From positions 29,699-93,698 of the forward strand of contig CALWZE010000013.1 in NCBI GenBank assembly GCA_944385925.1: a DNA stretch of 64,000 nucleotides. Reading direction: 5' to 3'. The position numbers and the translations under genes are program-made. This stretch comes from an uncultured Clostridia bacterium. Its GTDB lineage: Bacteria; Bacillota; Clostridia; Oscillospirales; Ruminococcaceae. Below, piece after piece: positions 1 through 8,904 of this stretch. A model generated the notes under the pieces. The model saw only the letters and a program-made list of their open reading frames with translations, had not been told where the DNA came from and ran no database searches. Within the stretch, counting starts at the first letter, position 1, and each line of letters begins with the position of its first letter.

Positions 1-27
1 ACGGCAGGCGCGGCGCTCAGACAGATT

Positions 28-1506
28 TTACAGGATCAGGCAAACCAGGCCGTTGCAGCCGTCGTTGATAATCCGCTCAAGGGTTTCCTGCAGCTTCATG
101 CGCGCGTCATCCGGCATTCTGTAAAGCTTGTTTTGAAGTCCCTCATTGACCAGCTCATTCAAGGACTTTCCGAAAATATTGCTGCTCCAGATCCGAATGG
201 GGTCTTCCTCAAACTCGCGCAGAAGATAAACGACCAGATCTTCGCTCTGCTTTTCGCTGCCGACGATCGGGCTGACCTCGGTCGTAATATCCGCCCGCAT
301 CATATGGATACTCGGCGCCGACGCGCGCAGCTTAACACCGTACTTGCCGCCCTGACGCACCATTTCCGGCTCTTCCAACCGCAGCTCGTCAATAGACGGC
401 ATAACGATACCGTAACCTGTCGCCTCTACCTGTTTCAGCGCGCCCTCGACTTTCTGATATTTCCTGCGAATCTCCGCCAGTTCGAGAATGCAGGGCATCA
501 GGCTCGCCTCATCCTGAATTTCAAGCCCCGTCTCTTCGCCGAGGACACGGTAAAACAGATCATCCTCAAGCGACATGGAAATGCGCACCACGCCAGACCC
601 AAGGTCGGTTGCCGTCCGCTTCGCGCACTTGATGTATTCGCAGTCGGCCAGGGTGTAGATCTTTTCAGGCAGATCCCGCATTCTGCGAACGCCGGCGGCA
701 AATTCGCTGACCGCCTCATAAACAGCGGTTTTCAGCCAGTGATCCTTCTTCAGCGATGTCACCCATTTCGGCATGTCAAAATCAATTTCCTTGACCGGGA
801 ATTCGTTAGTGATCATCGTGAGGATTCCGCAGATATCCTGTTCTTCGATATCCAGGCAGTTCAGCGGAATCACCGGCACCTCATATCTTTCGCGCAGGGT
901 CTGTGAAAGCTGATGGCTCTGTTCGCTCCGTGGATCAACGCAGTTGAGGATCACAACAAAGGGCTTATTGATCTGTTTGAGCTCATTGACCACCCGCATC
1001 TCAGCCGACTCATAATCAGCGCGGGGGATATCGCTGATCGATCCGTCTGTCGTGACAACGACCCCGATAGTCGAATGCTCGGTGATTACCTTTCTGGTAC
1101 CCGTTTCAGCCGCAACGTCAAAAGGGACCGCCTGGTCAAACCAGGGCGAAACGACCATGCGCGGCTGCTCGTTTTCAATATGTCCAAGCGCGCCGGGAAC
1201 AATGTACCCGACACAGTCAATCATTCTGACACGCAGCTTGACATTCTCTTCCAATTCAATGCCGACCGCCTCTTCCGGGATAAACTTGGGTTCGGTCGTC
1301 ATGATGGTTTTTCCCGCGGCCGACTGGGGAAGCTCGTCGATCGCGCGTTCTCTGGACATTCCGCTTTCAATATGCGGCAGCACCAGCTTTTCCATGAACT
1401 TTTTGATAAAGGTAGATTTTCCGGTGCGCACAGGTCCGACGACCCCGATATATACCTCGCCGTTCGTCCTTGCCGCAATGTCTTTGTAAATACTCGCCTG
1501 ATCCAT
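28..1506 (-). CDS. spoIVA: Stage IV sporulation protein A (spore-coat morphogenetic ATPase)
   Basis: 492-aa ORF with N-terminal Walker A GPVRTGKSTF. Length and overall sequence are typical of SpoIVA. GAGGTG RBS lies 8 nt upstream of the ATG. Confidence 0.93.
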   Translation of the reverse strand: MDQASIYKDIAARTNGEVYIGVVGPVRTGKSTFIKKFMEKLVLPHIESGMSRERAIDELPQSAAGKTIMTTEPKFIPEEAVGIELEENVKLRVRMIDCVGYIVPGALGHIENEQPRMVVSPWFDQAVPFDVAAETGTRKVITEHSTIGVVVTTDGSISDIPRADYESAEMRVVNELKQINKPFVVILNCVDPRSEQSHQLSQTLRERYEVPVIPLNCLDIEEQDICGILTMITNEFPVKEIDFDMPKWVTSLKKDHWLKTAVYEAVSEFAAGVRRMRDLPEKIYTLADCEYIKCAKRTATDLGSGVVRISMSLEDDLFYRVLGEETGLEIQDEASLMPCILELAEIRRKYQKVEGALKQVEATGYGIVMPSIDELRLEEPEMVRQGGKYGVKLRASAPSIHMMRADITTEVSPIVGSEKQSEDLVVYLLREFEEDPIRIWSSNIFGKSLNELVNEGLQNKLYRMPDDARMKLQETLERIINDGCNGLVCLIL

Positions 1507-1948
1507 AAACCTATCACCTCATCGATTTTTGGGGTATTCCGGGGCAAGACACATGCTCGTCAGCCTGCGGCCCTTGCTTTCGCTCTGTCCCATTTTATGA
1601 GGGCTTTGTACGGATTATGTTATGGGCTTGATTGAGCCTTTTATCGGCTGAAACGACAACAGCATTTTGCAGATACTCTTCCATTCCCACCCGCCGTTGG
1701 TCTTCCGACATATCGGACTTTTTTCTATATGCAGGTTTCAGCCGCTGCATTTGAAATTATTCAGCGACCGATATTGCACGGAGAGTTCCTGACAAGGTCG
1801 TGCCGCTCATATATATTGCCAAACCGATTCTTCATGCGCTATTTTAACAGTTCGCCCCTTCTCCTGAAATGCTGAGGCTGGATTTACACAAAAAATTCTG
1901 GTTCCAAAGCTTAACCATTTGCATCACCTTTTTCCGATGAAAAAGGAA

Positions 1949-1979
1949 AAGCCCGCACGCCTTATACACGTGCGGGCTT
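1949..1979 (-). terminator. Intrinsic terminator downstream of the flavodoxin gene
   Basis: Stem aagcccgcacg / cgtgcgggctt with a 9-nt loop. On the minus strand it is followed by a T-rich tract (ttttcctttttc). Confidence 0.6.
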
Positions 1980-2007
1980 TATTATTATTACAATTTATTT
2001 TCCCCGC

Positions 2008-2487
2008 TCAGCATCCGATCGTTTTAAGCCAGTCATCCAGTGCGGGGACCGCCTGTTCCGGATCTCCGTTGCGAATCGCGCATCCCGGTGACAGCTTTGC
2101 ATCCGGGCACAGCCGTGCGGCGTCCGCTTCCATCTTCGCAAGGCCGCTGCCGCCATGTGTGCAAAATACCGCAAGCTCTTTTCCCTTCCAGTCCTGAGAT
2201 GCAAGGAAGGTCGCAACAGGGGGCGCAAAGGTGCCGCACCAGTTAGGCGAACCGGCAATCACCAGATCATACGCGCCAAAATCCAGCTCCATCGGCTGAA
2301 TCTCGGGATGAATGCCCGCAGGTATTTCTTTCTTTGCCTGCTCAACGACGGCGCGATACTCCTGCGGATAAGGATTAACCGGCCGGATTTCCTGCAAAGC
2401 TCCGCCTGTCCGGCGTGCAATTTCGGCTGCCGCCTTAGCGGTATTGCCGGAATGAGAATAGTAAACGACTAAAACAGATTTATTCAT
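2008..2487 (-). CDS. Flavodoxin-family protein
   Basis: N-terminus MNKSVLVVYYSHSGNTAKAA is the flavodoxin FMN-phosphate loop. Start moved to the ATG at 2487, which sits 9 nt after AAGGAGG; the track ORF started at 2508. Confidence 0.85.
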   Translation of the reverse strand: MNKSVLVVYYSHSGNTAKAAAEIARRTGGALQEIRPVNPYPQEYRAVVEQAKKEIPAGIHPEIQPMELDFGAYDLVIAGSPNWCGTFAPPVATFLASQDWKGKELAVFCTHGGSGLAKMEADAARLCPDAKLSPGCAIRNGDPEQAVPALDDWLKTIGC

Positions 2488-2571
2488 CTTTTCCATCCTC
2501 CTTAGCAAGATAAATCATTCAAACGAACCGGTATTTTCGAATTATTCTTCCCACTGCTTCACAGGCAAAGA

Positions 2572-4332
2572 TTAATCGGCAAAGGCTTTTTTCCGATCAG
2601 GAACTTTCGCCTCGATCTCTCGTGTCATGCTGCGAACCAGTTCGAGCGTCTGCTCAAGCGCTTCGTCCTTTTCAGCCATGATCGTGACCGACTTGTCCCG
2701 GGTGACAATCTCGACTTTACCCTGCGCAAGGTTTTTGGGACTGACAATCACCCGAATGGGCGCGCCGAGCAGATCAGCGTCCGAGAACATCGCGCCGGCA
2801 CGAATATCGCGGTCGTCATAAAGGGTGTCGATTCCCGCCTGTTCCAGCGCAGCATACAGACCGTCCGCGCAGCTTTTCACCTCAGCGTCATCCGCGCGCA
2901 GGCAGCAGACCTCGACCTGCCAGGGTGCGATGGTGATCGGCCAGATCGGACCGTACTGATCATGAAAATGCTCGCAAACAGACGCCGCCAAACGGCCGAC
3001 GCCGATGCCGTAGCAGCCCATGATCGGATATTGCTGCTCGCCGTTCGCATCCGTATAGGTCATGTCCATCGACTTGGTATATTTTGTACCCAGCTGGAAG
3101 ATATTGCCGACCTCAATTCCGCGCACGATGCGAATGCTGTGTTTGCCGCATACCGGACAAATCCCGCCGTCCACGATCTTTGCAAGATCCTGATACTCGA
3201 CAAAGCCATAATCGCGCTCAATATTGAAACCGGTGTAATGGCGGTCGTCCTCGTTCGCACCGCAGGCCAGGTTGTCGATCCCCTTAAGCGAGCTGTCAAA
3301 CAGGATAGTAAACTTTTCCCGATCCAGTCCGACCGCGCCAATAAATCCTGCATGCAATCCGCAGTCCGGTGTAATGTCCGCCGGATGGATGTTCTCACCC
3401 AATGCATTGGTAAGTTTGGTTTCATTCACATCCAGGTCTCCGCGAATAAAGACAACGACATATTCGTCGGTCATGTTTTTCTGATAAACGACCGCTTTGC
3501 AGGTTTGTGCTTCCGATATGCCCAGGAATTTTGCAAGGCTCGGAATATCGGTCACGCCCGGTGTTTCCACCTTGGTCAGCTCGGCAAGCGGTAGTTCATT
3601 TTTGTTTTCCACTATGCACTGCGCCGCTTCCATATTTGCCTTGTAATCGCAGCTGTCACAGATCGCGATTGAGTCCTCGCCGATCGGCGTAATCATCATA
3701 AACTCATGGGAAACGCTGCCGCCCATCATGCCGGAGTCGGACTTAACCGCAATCACGTCAGGGATACCCGCACGCGCAAAAATTCTCTCATAGGCACGGA
3801 AACAGACGTTATAATACTTTTCCAGGTCTTCCTGAGAAGTGTGGAAAGAATAGCCGTCCTTCATGGTAAATTCGCGCACACGGATAAGTCCGGCACGCGG
3901 ACGTGCCTCATCCCTGAATTTCGTCTGAATCTGATAAATCATGAAAGGATAGCGCGTATAGGTGGTCGCGTAGTCCCGAACCAGCTGCACCGAGGCTTCC
4001 TCGTGGGTCATACCGAGCACCATCGGTGTGTCTCCACGGTCCTTGAAGCGCACCAGCTCGCTGCCGACTGCGGTAAAGCGGCCGGATTCCTCCCAGAGCG
4101 ACCCGGGCAGCACAACCGGGAACAAAACCTCCTGCCCCTCGATCGCGTCCATTTCCTCCCGGATGATCTGCTCGATCTTGCGAGTGATCCTTCTGGTCGG
4201 ATTATAAAGGGAATAGATTCCGTTTGCCACGCCCTTGATATAACCGCCGCGAATCATCAACGCATGGCTGTCGATCACACAATCCGACGGTTTTTCCTTA
4301 AATCTGTTGCCAATCAGGTTTTCTACCTTCAT
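2572..4332 (-). CDS. proS: Proline--tRNA ligase (bacterial type with editing domain)
   Basis: 586 aa. Class II aaRS motifs and an N-terminus typical of ProS (LMIRGGYI, FPVVLPGSLWEESGR). GGAGGGA RBS before the ATG. Confidence 0.95.
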   Translation of the reverse strand: MKVENLIGNRFKEKPSDCVIDSHALMIRGGYIKGVANGIYSLYNPTRRITRKIEQIIREEMDAIEGQEVLFPVVLPGSLWEESGRFTAVGSELVRFKDRGDTPMVLGMTHEEASVQLVRDYATTYTRYPFMIYQIQTKFRDEARPRAGLIRVREFTMKDGYSFHTSQEDLEKYYNVCFRAYERIFARAGIPDVIAVKSDSGMMGGSVSHEFMMITPIGEDSIAICDSCDYKANMEAAQCIVENKNELPLAELTKVETPGVTDIPSLAKFLGISEAQTCKAVVYQKNMTDEYVVVFIRGDLDVNETKLTNALGENIHPADITPDCGLHAGFIGAVGLDREKFTILFDSSLKGIDNLACGANEDDRHYTGFNIERDYGFVEYQDLAKIVDGGICPVCGKHSIRIVRGIEVGNIFQLGTKYTKSMDMTYTDANGEQQYPIMGCYGIGVGRLAASVCEHFHDQYGPIWPITIAPWQVEVCCLRADDAEVKSCADGLYAALEQAGIDTLYDDRDIRAGAMFSDADLLGAPIRVIVSPKNLAQGKVEIVTRDKSVTIMAEKDEALEQTLELVRSMTREIEAKVPDRKKAFAD

Positions 4333-4504
4333 GCTTTCCCTCCGAAACTCCCAATTCTGTCATACAGAATATTATCGCACAATTCCCTCACGGTGTCACT
4401 AATTATTTTTATTTTTCCGTTTTTTTGTCGAAAGGCAATCATTTACTGTTCAAACCTCTCACCGCTATCTTTTTGCCGCTTTACTTAGCCTTCGTTTTAC
4501 TACT

Positions 4505-4802
4505 TGGAAAAGGCTGAGGACCGGCATATCATCTGATACACCGGCCCTCAGCCCAAGCAGTCACAATCGCGTTAATCCACTGATACGAAATGTATTTTCC
4601 TGTCAGCACAGCAAACCGGAACAATCACACACAAACAGTATCCCCACTTTTACGACGGTCGTAGAATAATGCTAGCCCCCACTATCATTGTTCTGTCACA
4701 AAAGAGGTATGACCACACTGACTGTCCAAACTGCTGCGCACGGAAAAAACGGGCAAAATTATCTTTTGATGCCTTGCCGCATCATTTCGCATTTATAGTA
4801 TA
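4505..4802 (-). ncRNA. Unassigned terminated transcript/leader upstream of proS (T-box suspected but not confirmed)
   Basis: Extended -10 (TGTTATACT, hexamer 4797-4802 on the minus strand) lies about 290 nt upstream of the 4512-4553 terminator. No ORF longer than 12 codons has an RBS. Only a weak T-box-like stretch is present (AUCAGUGGAUUAACGCGA, 4568-4585), and I could not build an antiterminator. Confidence 0.3.
4512..4553 (-). terminator. Intrinsic terminator/attenuator about 180 nt upstream of proS
   Basis: 13-bp GC-rich stem (ggctgagggccgg / ccggtcctcagcc on the minus strand, 1 mismatch) followed by TTTTCC on the minus strand only. Confidence 0.65.
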
Positions 4803-5075
4803 ACACATAATTTCAGAATGAAAAGGGGTTTTGCAAAAAATAACGATAAATTATTTTGTTTTTATACCATTTGTATTATATTCAAATACACCCTTTAATT
4901 TTTATCATTTGCGAGCCATTTTGTGCCAAAATCAGGAGTTAAAATAAATCTCCGGCTCATCATACCGCTGCACATTCTTTGTCCAAACTTGAAAAAATAT
5001 CAAATCAACTTGCAACCCCTCACCATTTCGGCCGACTTTAGGCTAAAGAATCAACAGCATGTATTTTGTTGAATT

Positions 5076-5867
5076 TCAGTTCTGATCGAGCAGCCAGTGG
5101 ATTGCCTGTGCAGCGCCATCCTCCTGCACCGTGCCTGTAACCCAATCAGCTACTTGACGCAATGGTTCCGGCGCATTGCCCATAGCAATTCCGCAACCCG
5201 CAAACTCTATCATCTCACGATCGTTTTCTCCGTCTCCAATAGCCGCGACCTCCTGCGGACGAAGCCCGATTCTTTCAAGCAGACGCTGAATCCCCCGCGC
5301 CTTATGCAGATCGCTGCGGAATATATCGTACATCTGTGGGGCATAAACCGTCGCAGTCAGATCCTGGTTTTCTGCACAAAACCGGCGCATCTTGTCCTCA
5401 GGAACATAAGCAAAGGCTGTATATGGCAAATCCTTTAAATGACGGTCTCCCGATTCCCCGTCCATCATATATTCCAGTTCCCCAACAAGCTCCACGTATT
5501 TTTGCGCGTACCAGGCATAGTGACGATAAGCATAATTCGCATCCGAAAACGCAAAGCCAAGCGGGCAATCATATTGTTCACAAAGACGGATGATTCGCAG
5601 CGTCTGGTCCAGCGTCAGCCGCTCATCGTAAAAATGTTTGCCTGTCGCGTCCACCACATATGCCCCGTTTGTACAAACAGTGTAATCTGCGCGAAAACCG
5701 AGAACATGCTCGTCCGCAACGAAAAAGGATCGACCGGTGGCGACAATGACAAGCACTCCCGCCTGCTGCAGCCGCTGAATCGCCTGCAGCACAGCAGCGC
5801 CAGGCAACTTGCTTTTGCTGTACACCAGCGTCCCGTCAATATCCAAAATTACAGCCTTATATTTCAT
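5076..5867 (-). CDS. Cof-type HAD-IIB family phosphatase
   Basis: N-terminal DxDGT motif (VILDIDGTLV) and C-terminal GDGENDxxM motif. 263 aa. Confidence 0.85.
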   Translation of the reverse strand: MKYKAVILDIDGTLVYSKSKLPGAAVLQAIQRLQQAGVLVIVATGRSFFVADEHVLGFRADYTVCTNGAYVVDATGKHFYDERLTLDQTLRIIRLCEQYDCPLGFAFSDANYAYRHYAWYAQKYVELVGELEYMMDGESGDRHLKDLPYTAFAYVPEDKMRRFCAENQDLTATVYAPQMYDIFRSDLHKARGIQRLLERIGLRPQEVAAIGDGENDREMIEFAGCGIAMGNAPEPLRQVADWVTGTVQEDGAAQAIHWLLDQN

Positions 5868-6265
5868 TTCGCTCTCCAGCCAGCTTTTCCAGGCATTTAA
5901 ACCTGATTATTTCACTTTATTATACTATACTTTCCTCTCTGCCGCCAACCGGCAATGTTTAACCGGCGGCACAATGCTTTATTTTCATTGATTGCAAGAA
6001 AGACTTCAACCGTTTTCCAAGCCACGGGTGGACCTTGCACAACTTCTCCAAAAGCGATTGCCGATAGCTTCATTTTATTTTCAAAGTCTTGTTTCTCAAT
6101 CAGAATATCCGCGCCTTATCAATCGTTCAACACGAGCGCCGGTTCAATCGAAGAAAAACGGACGTCAAGTCTGCTTTCTGCCGGCAGCGTATTGCCTGCG
6201 GTTTTTTCTCGATTAGCTCGACGCTCAAAGCCCAAAAAGCACAGAGTAAAAGCGTGCTTAAAAAG

Positions 6266-6291
6266 AAGGCGGCGGGTGTTCCCGCCGCCTT
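6266..6291 (-). terminator. Intrinsic terminator after the PG-binding protein gene
   Basis: Stem aaggcggcggg / cccgccgcctt with loop tgtt, followed by CTTTTT on the minus strand. Confidence 0.7.
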
Positions 6292-6303
6292 TGGGTTTAA
6301 ATC

Positions 6304-7113
6304 TCAAAGACCTTCATTATAAGCTTCGAGCATTCTGCTCCAGGTCGCCTGACCGACAATTCCGTCAGCTTTCAGGCCAAAATATTTCTGGAACGCCATG
6401 ACCATTCCTTTAGTGCCCTGGCCAAAAACGCCGTCAACCTTAATCTGCGGATAAAACCGGCCGTTATTTGCACTGATCGCATTCATGTAGGCCTGCACAA
6501 AGCGGACGCTGTCTCCACTGGAACCAACCGAAAGCGGAGAACCCGGATACCGTGTTGTTACGCGGATGGGATTTCCCGCTTCCATCGCGTTGTAGACCTC
6601 CGTAACCTTGTTCCAGGTGTTTTCGCCGATTCTTTCGTCAGCGGTCAATCCAAACTGTTTTTGGAACAGCCGGGTCGCGTCTGCTGTTTTCTGTCCGAAT
6701 TTTCCATCTACGGTTTGGCGGGTCAGCGCGGTATAAAGCTCACTTAGGACATTAAAGGCCCTCTGCATGTTGTCAACCGCGACTCCCGTGCTGCCCTGAC
6801 TCAGCACCACGCCCGGATAGATTTCATATTTTCCATCCGGCAGCGCAGAATAGTCCGCTTCGATCGCGTACCAGGTGTTTCGACCGATAACTCCGTCCGG
6901 CATCAAGCCCTTGATCCGCTGATATTGGACGACGTTTGATTCACTTCCCGAACCATAGATTCCGTCCACCTTTAAAAATTTCAGGTTTGTGTAAAGGTAT
7001 TTTTGAATGCCGTCCAGCAGATACTGCATGTACTTTACATTGTTCCCCGTGCTTCCTTTGCGAATGGGTGTACCCGGATAGGGAGCCTCACACGCGCGAA
7101 TCTGATTATTCAT
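6304..7113 (-). CDS. Protein with three peptidoglycan-binding (PG_binding_1-like) repeats and no recognisable catalytic domain
   Basis: Three repeats of GSxGxxV....DGxFGxxTxxAVxxFQ...L..DGxxGxxTW. Start moved to the ATG at 7113, preceded by AAGGAGG. No signal peptide seen. Confidence 0.8.
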   Translation of the reverse strand: MNNQIRACEAPYPGTPIRKGSTGNNVKYMQYLLDGIQKYLYTNLKFLKVDGIYGSGSESNVVQYQRIKGLMPDGVIGRNTWYAIEADYSALPDGKYEIYPGVVLSQGSTGVAVDNMQRAFNVLSELYTALTRQTVDGKFGQKTADATRLFQKQFGLTADERIGENTWNKVTEVYNAMEAGNPIRVTTRYPGSPLSVGSSGDSVRFVQAYMNAISANNGRFYPQIKVDGVFGQGTKGMVMAFQKYFGLKADGIVGQATWSRMLEAYNEGL

Positions 7114-7210
7114 ATGGCATACCTCCTTGCCATCCCAGAGTATGCGCATGGGCAACCGGTTGTGTTTTGTCAAAACCCTTCTCTTCGCGTAAAAACAGGC
7201 CAAAAAGAAA

Positions 7211-7236
7211 AGAACCGCCCCGGGGCAGGCGGTTCT
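7211..7236 (-). terminator. Intrinsic terminator after folT
   Basis: Stem agaaccgcc / ggcggttct followed by TTTCTTTTT on the minus strand. Confidence 0.7.
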
Positions 7237-7268
7237 TGAATGTATTTCACATCTTAATCGGTGAAAAA

Positions 7269-7838
7269 TTAAATTTGATTTTGCTTACCGCTTCCGCGGA
7301 AGTAAACCTTCGCCACAAAGGTCAGGAAGAAAAACAGCGCCGCGACTTCCGGTGCCAGCATGAGGAGATTCTTAATCACGCGGCCAGGCAGCAGAACCGC
7401 AATGCTTTTTCCATAAAGCATGGAGGTCCACAGGGTATTCAGACCAATGTTGCAAAACAGATTTATGCATCCTTTTGCAACCGCACAGCGCCAGAGTTTT
7501 ACAGGCCTTTTATACAGCAGCAGTCCCCAGAAAAGACCGGCCGCAAGCGCGGTCACGCTGTAACCGGGAAAATAAGCTCCGCCGCCGGTGTTCACCAGAT
7601 AGCCCATCACATCCGTTGCAACGCCGCCAAGCATTGCGACCACCGGGCCAAACAGAAAGCCGATTGTCGCGTTGCACAGGAACCCAAATCCGATACGGAT
7701 TTCCGGCGTTAACTGCACGCGGATATTCAGCACATCCAGCGTGATGTTAATCGCAATCAGCAGCGCCGCGGTTGCCAGTGTTTTGGTTTTTTTCAGTTCT
7801 TTTGCCGACTCAGAGAAAATGCCAAAAAATTTCTGCAT
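7269..7838 (-). CDS. folT: ECF transporter S component, folate family
   Basis: 189-aa protein with about 6 TM segments and typical S-component sequence. It lies directly downstream of a THF riboswitch. Confidence 0.8.
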   Translation of the reverse strand: MQKFFGIFSESAKELKKTKTLATAALLIAINITLDVLNIRVQLTPEIRIGFGFLCNATIGFLFGPVVAMLGGVATDVMGYLVNTGGGAYFPGYSVTALAAGLFWGLLLYKRPVKLWRCAVAKGCINLFCNIGLNTLWTSMLYGKSIAVLLPGRVIKNLLMLAPEVAALFFFLTFVAKVYFRGSGKQNQI

Positions 7839-7899
7839 AATAAAAACACCTTTCGGTTAATGTAATTGCTACACAACCGAGAGATGCTCGTCTTATGTA

Positions 7900-7998
7900 G
7901 CAGCGGGAGGCGACATTCGCACCGTAAGCCACATGCTTTTCGTCCGACAGCAAACTCCCCGTCTGCCGGCACTTAACGCGCAAACATCTACTCTGCAG
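7900..7998 (-). promoter_or_regulatory. THF (tetrahydrofolate, folT-motif) riboswitch
   Basis: The minus-strand RNA is GCAGAGUAGAUGUUUGCGCGUUAAGUGCCGGCAGACGGGGAGUUUGCUGUCGGACGAAAAGC...ACGGUGCGAAUGUCGCCUCCCGCUGC. It reproduces the conserved AGAGUAG / GCGUUAAGUG / GGGA / ACGAA / CGGUG-AAU core and the GCAG/CUGC closing helix of the THF class. Confidence 0.8.
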
Positions 7999-8142
7999 TT
8001 CCTATTGTATCACCTCTGTATGTAAAACGCCATACCTTTTTTCCAAAAATTTTACTTTTTTTGATATTCCAGATCCTTAACGATAAATTGATTCATTGCA
8101 GCCGCGCAGAATTTTAGCACCCAATTTTAAACTCATTTAAAA

Positions 8143-8177
8143 ATTTCTAGCGCTCTTATGAACTGAGTGCTAGAAAT
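8143..8177. promoter_or_regulatory. CIRCE-like inverted repeat (HrcA operator) upstream of hsp20
   Basis: atTTCTAGCGCTC-ttatgaact-GAGTGCTAGAAat. The arms are 13 nt with a 9-nt spacer and 1 mismatch. Compare the consensus TTAGCACTC-N9-GAGTGCTAA. Confidence 0.7.
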
Positions 8178-8334
8178 TTACAATTTGTTCATATTTAAAC
8201 TGTTTTTTATTCATATACCGGCCCTATACTGTGCTTGTAAACAGAGAGAGGAACAAAGAGAGGCAGACAGCCGAAGAAGTTCTCCCCTCTGCCGGTAAAC
8301 AAAAAACACCATTGATATATTGGAGGTAAGATTT

Positions 8335-8757
8335 ATGCTTGAATTGATGCCTTTTGAAAGAAGAACCAACAGCCTGCTTAACCTTTTCGACAGCATGGAA
8401 CGCGATATGTTCGGCAATCTTGAGAGTTCCGTCGCCGCGATCCGCACAGATATTTCCGAACAGCCCGATAAGTACGTCATTGAAGCCGAGCTGCCCGGAT
8501 TCAAGAAAGAGGATATTCATATCGATGTCGACGGCAATATGCTGACCATTTCCGCGGAGCACAATGAGGAAAGCGAAGACAAGAAGAAGGGTTACATCCG
8601 CAAGGAACGCCGTTATGGCTCCTTCAAACGGAGTTTCGATCTGACCGGTGTAGACAGCGCGAACATTGGCGCGGACTATACAGACGGCATCCTGACTTTG
8701 GATCTGCCCAAGCTGGTCAAGCAGCCGGATTCTACCCGCCGCATTGAACTGAAATAA
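8335..8757 (+). CDS. Hsp20/alpha-crystallin family small heat-shock protein
   Basis: Alpha-crystallin domain (YVIEAELPGFKKEDIHIDVDGNMLTISAE ... GILTLDLPK). ATG at 8335 has a GGAGG RBS at 8322-8326. Confidence 0.9.
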   Translation: MLELMPFERRTNSLLNLFDSMERDMFGNLESSVAAIRTDISEQPDKYVIEAELPGFKKEDIHIDVDGNMLTISAEHNEESEDKKKGYIRKERRYGSFKRSFDLTGVDSANIGADYTDGILTLDLPKLVKQPDSTRRIELK

Positions 8758-8799
8758 TGAATCCCCTTGCGCAATGCAGGGGAACGTTACAAGGCAAAA

Positions 8800-8836
8800 G
8801 CCTTCGAGCGCACAATTTGCGCTCGAAGGCTTTTTT
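8800..8836 (+). terminator. Intrinsic terminator after hsp20 (bidirectional in form)
   Basis: 12-bp stem gccttcgagcgc / gcgctcgaaggc followed by T6. An A-run sits on the other side. Confidence 0.8.
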
Positions 8837-8904
8837 CATGATTGCGCAGTTTTTCCGCCAGCTTTGATTTTTGAGTCATAGCAGCCTTTTACCGCTGCGA
8901 TCGC

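Noticed and set aside
8114-8142. A possible second CIRCE element (TTAGCACCC-N9-CTCATTTAA) upstream of the first.
   Set aside because: Only the left half-site matches, and the right arm has no similarity to GAGTGCTAA.
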